In this document: positions 61,520 through 64,000 of the stretch, piece by piece
Numbering within the stretch: position 1 is the first letter of the stretch
Layout of the letters: each line of letters opens with the position of its first letter
Assembly (NCBI RefSeq): GCF_006345805.1
Contig: NC_043006.1
Coordinates: 20,212,001-20,276,000 of the forward strand
DNA: 64,000 nt
Source of the DNA: Octopus sinensis
Taxonomy: Eukaryota
Direction: 5' to 3'
Position numbers and translations under genes: made by a program
Notes under the pieces: generated by a model
The model's input: the letters and a program-made list of their open reading frames with translations, nothing else
What the model was told of the DNA's origin: nothing
Databases searched by the model: none

Positions 61520-61788
61520 GCTGCTCAGGGAAGTATTTCTCTCAGATTCACTCTTTACATCAGTATACTGCCTGTAAGATTATCTCCCTTCACTCCTCAG
61601 TAGCATATTGCTCATATCTCATCAATATCACTGAAAATACAATGATGGTGTACCAATTAGATGAATTTTGGCTGGATCTGCTTACATTTCTAATGATTTC
61701 AGAGAAGTCATTAACCTCACACCTTAATATTTTCCATCACCTAAATTGAGTGTGCAAAAATATATATATATATATATATACACACACA

Positions 61789-61962
61789 TAAAAAGCACCC
61801 ACTACACTCTCGGAGTGGTTGGCTTTAGGAAGGGCATCCAGCTGTAGAAACTCTGCCAGATCAAGATTGGAGCCTGGTGCAGCCATCTGGTTCGCCAACC
61901 CTCAGTCAAAATCGTCCAACCCATGCTAGCATGGAAAGCGGACGTTAAACGATGATGATGAT

Positions 61963-61963
<1 letters not shown>
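61789..61963 (+). mobile_element. RTE-clade 3' end within a (TA)n tract
   Basis: 3' module + (GAT)n flanked by (TA)n on both sides. Confidence 0.85.
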
Positions 61964-62016
<53 letters not shown>

Positions 62017-62282
62017 ACCATCATTTAGCATCTGTTTCCTATGCTGATGTGGGTTTGACTAGAACTGGTAAGCCATAGAGCTGTACCTGACTCATCTGAT
62101 TTTAGCTTGGTTTCTTCAGCTGGGTGTCTTTCGTAATGCCAACCACTCCAAGAGTAGTGGGTGCTTTTTGTGTATCGTAGCTGCTTTGTATATATGTAAA
62201 TCAGTTTAACATGTGAACTAGGGTTACAAAGGTGTGTTGAAAAAATCTTCTCACTTCTTTTAAGTAGTTTGTACTCTGATTA

Positions 62283-62809
62283 CAAGGTCTGATCAAAAAG
62301 TATCAGGACTATTGCTATGGTAACAGAGCCAAAGTATGCAGAGTGATTCTGCACAGATTGACACACTAGATGATAATGTTCTCGCTCACTTTCATTGTTT
62401 ATAGCAATGCTTGGAAGTAAAGTGTGTAGCGTGTAGTCATCTCAAAAAGATTGGATTTTAACTGCTCAGGATTTTTGTGACTGCATCAAGGATGACAAAT
62501 AAAAAAAAAAAATTTTGAAAATGGTCATAACAGGTGATGTATCATGTATCGATGGCTATGACCCCCAAAGGCAAAAATCAAATCCCACTTGAAAACAACA
62601 AGATTTCTAGATGTTCACTAAATTCAAGAGAATGCAATGAGGCAGCTGCTTGCTACCCGAAAACAGGAGTTCCAGGTATGTTTCCATCAATAGAAATTAC
62701 GCTGGATAAAGTGTGTGGCTTTAGAAGGGGACTACTTTGAAGGCGATTAAATATGTGCTATAGCTTTCTTTTTATAGCACCAGTCCCTATATTCTTTGAT
62801 CAGACCTTG
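62283..62809 (+). mobile_element. Mariner relic (internally deleted)
   Basis: TA-flanked TIRs CAAGGTCTGATCAAAAAGTATCAGGACT / AGTCCCTATATTCTTTGATCAGACCTTG; C-terminal RWIKCVALEGDYFEGD*. Confidence 0.85.
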
Positions 62810-63260
62810 TATGTTTTAGCTATGAATAGCACCTGTACTTTTGGGTCCCATATACACTAGCACTCGGTGAACGAAAGATTGAGTTTCTGCTCTCATTATA
62901 CTGTTTTTCACACGTGCAGAGATGGCTAAGAATTTTGCTTTGCTTTGTGACCACATGGTTTTGGGTTCAGCCCTACAGCACAGCAATTTGGGCTTGTGTC
63001 TTCTGCAGCCCTTGGTCAACTAATTACCTTGTGAGTGGGTTTGGTAAATGGAAACTGTGGAAGCTCATTACACATGTGGATGTGTGCGAGTGTATTTGTG
63101 TTACAACTGGTATAGGGCTATTTTTGTTATAGTGACTTAGCAGTTTGGCAAAACAAGAGACCAGCAGAATGTGCCAGACTTAAAATTTGTGCTAGGATCA
63201 ATTGTTTGACTAACTAGCATGTAAAAAGAATATGCATATACGTGTATGAGTAGGTGTTTT

Positions 63261-63651
63261 ACTCTTTTACTTGTTTCAGTCATTTGACTGTGGCCATGCT
63301 GGAGCACTGCCTTTAGTCGAGCAAATCGCCCCCAGGACTTATTCTTTGTAAGCCCAGTACTTATTCTATCGGTCTCTTTTGCCGAACCGCTAAGTGACGG
63401 GGATGTAAACACACCAGCATCGGTTGTCAAGCAATGCTAGGGGGACAAACACAGACACACAAACACACACACGCATATATATACATATATACGACGGGCT
63501 TCTTTCAGTTTCCGTCTATCAAATCCACTCACAAGGCATTGGTTGGCCCGAGGCTATAGCAGAAGACACTTGCCCAAGATGCCACGCAGTGGGACTGAAC
63601 CCAGAACCATGGGGTTGGTAGGCAAGCTACTTACCACACAGCCACTCCTGC
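63261..63651 (-). mobile_element. SINE family A (antisense)
   Basis: Full consensus in reverse, ~180 nt upstream of the last RAD23 acceptor. Confidence 0.9.
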
Positions 63652-63834
63652 TCAGGCAGGGGGTGGTGGCGACCCCTGTTGTACTCTTTTGCCCCAACTT
63701 TCTCTCACTCTTTCTTCCTGTTTCTTGAGTATAAAATCTGAAGAAATTTGTTATATGTACCAATGTTGTGATGTTAGTTCTTTTCCAGTGTTGTTTTATT
63801 ACATCCTTTTTTTTTTTTTTTTTCTTTGGAACAG

Positions 63835-63960
63835 TTGAAAGCTTTAGGATTTCCTGAAGGAATGTGTATTCAAGCTTATTTTGCCTGTGAGAAGAATGAA
63901 GAGCTGGCTGCTAATTTTCTCTTGTCCCAAAATTTTGAGGAAGACGAGCAACAAAGTTGA
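63835..63960 (+). CDS. RAD23: RAD23 last coding exon (UBA2 domain, stop)
   Basis: poly-T tract + aacag acceptor; [41 protein letters not shown] matches human [37 protein letters not shown]. Confidence 0.97.
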   Translation: MKALGFPEGMCIQAYFACEKNEELAANFLLSQNFEEDEQQS

Positions 63961-64000
63961 TCTAGATGTTGATAATGGACAATGACAATTGCTGCCCTCT

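Overview
AT-rich, repeat-dense eukaryotic (animal) DNA. The SINE/LINE repertoire resembles Octopus (cephalopod) repeats; this is my inference, not a database result. The window holds one real gene: a plus-strand RAD23 (UV excision repair protein RAD23 homolog, UBL-UBA1-STI1/XPC-binding-UBA2). Eight coding exons from 20005 to the stop codon at 63960 join in frame with GT-AG junctions (1311 nt, 436 aa + stop). The first coding exon (start of the UBL domain) was not found and probably lies upstream. Everything else is intron filled with mobile-element debris: about 20 5'-truncated RTE-clade LINE 3' ends with a variable tandem array in the 3' UTR, RTE-X-like, BovB-like, CR1-like and HERO-like LINE fragments, four tRNA-type SINE families, two Penelope-like fold-back insertions with hammerhead-like motifs, Tc1/mariner and hAT (Buster-type) relics, Helitron-type elements and TTAA-flanked piggyBac-like MITEs. 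Nearly all short ORFs in the supplied track are artefacts of these repeats. Best leads: variant-core hammerhead motifs in Penelope-like elements; a VNTR-bearing RTE 3' UTR with a concatenated sub-lineage; a 257-bp TSD-flanked non-autonomous element carrying an RTE-X tail; and competing direct/inverted intronic duplications around the RAD23 exon at 42121-42347.
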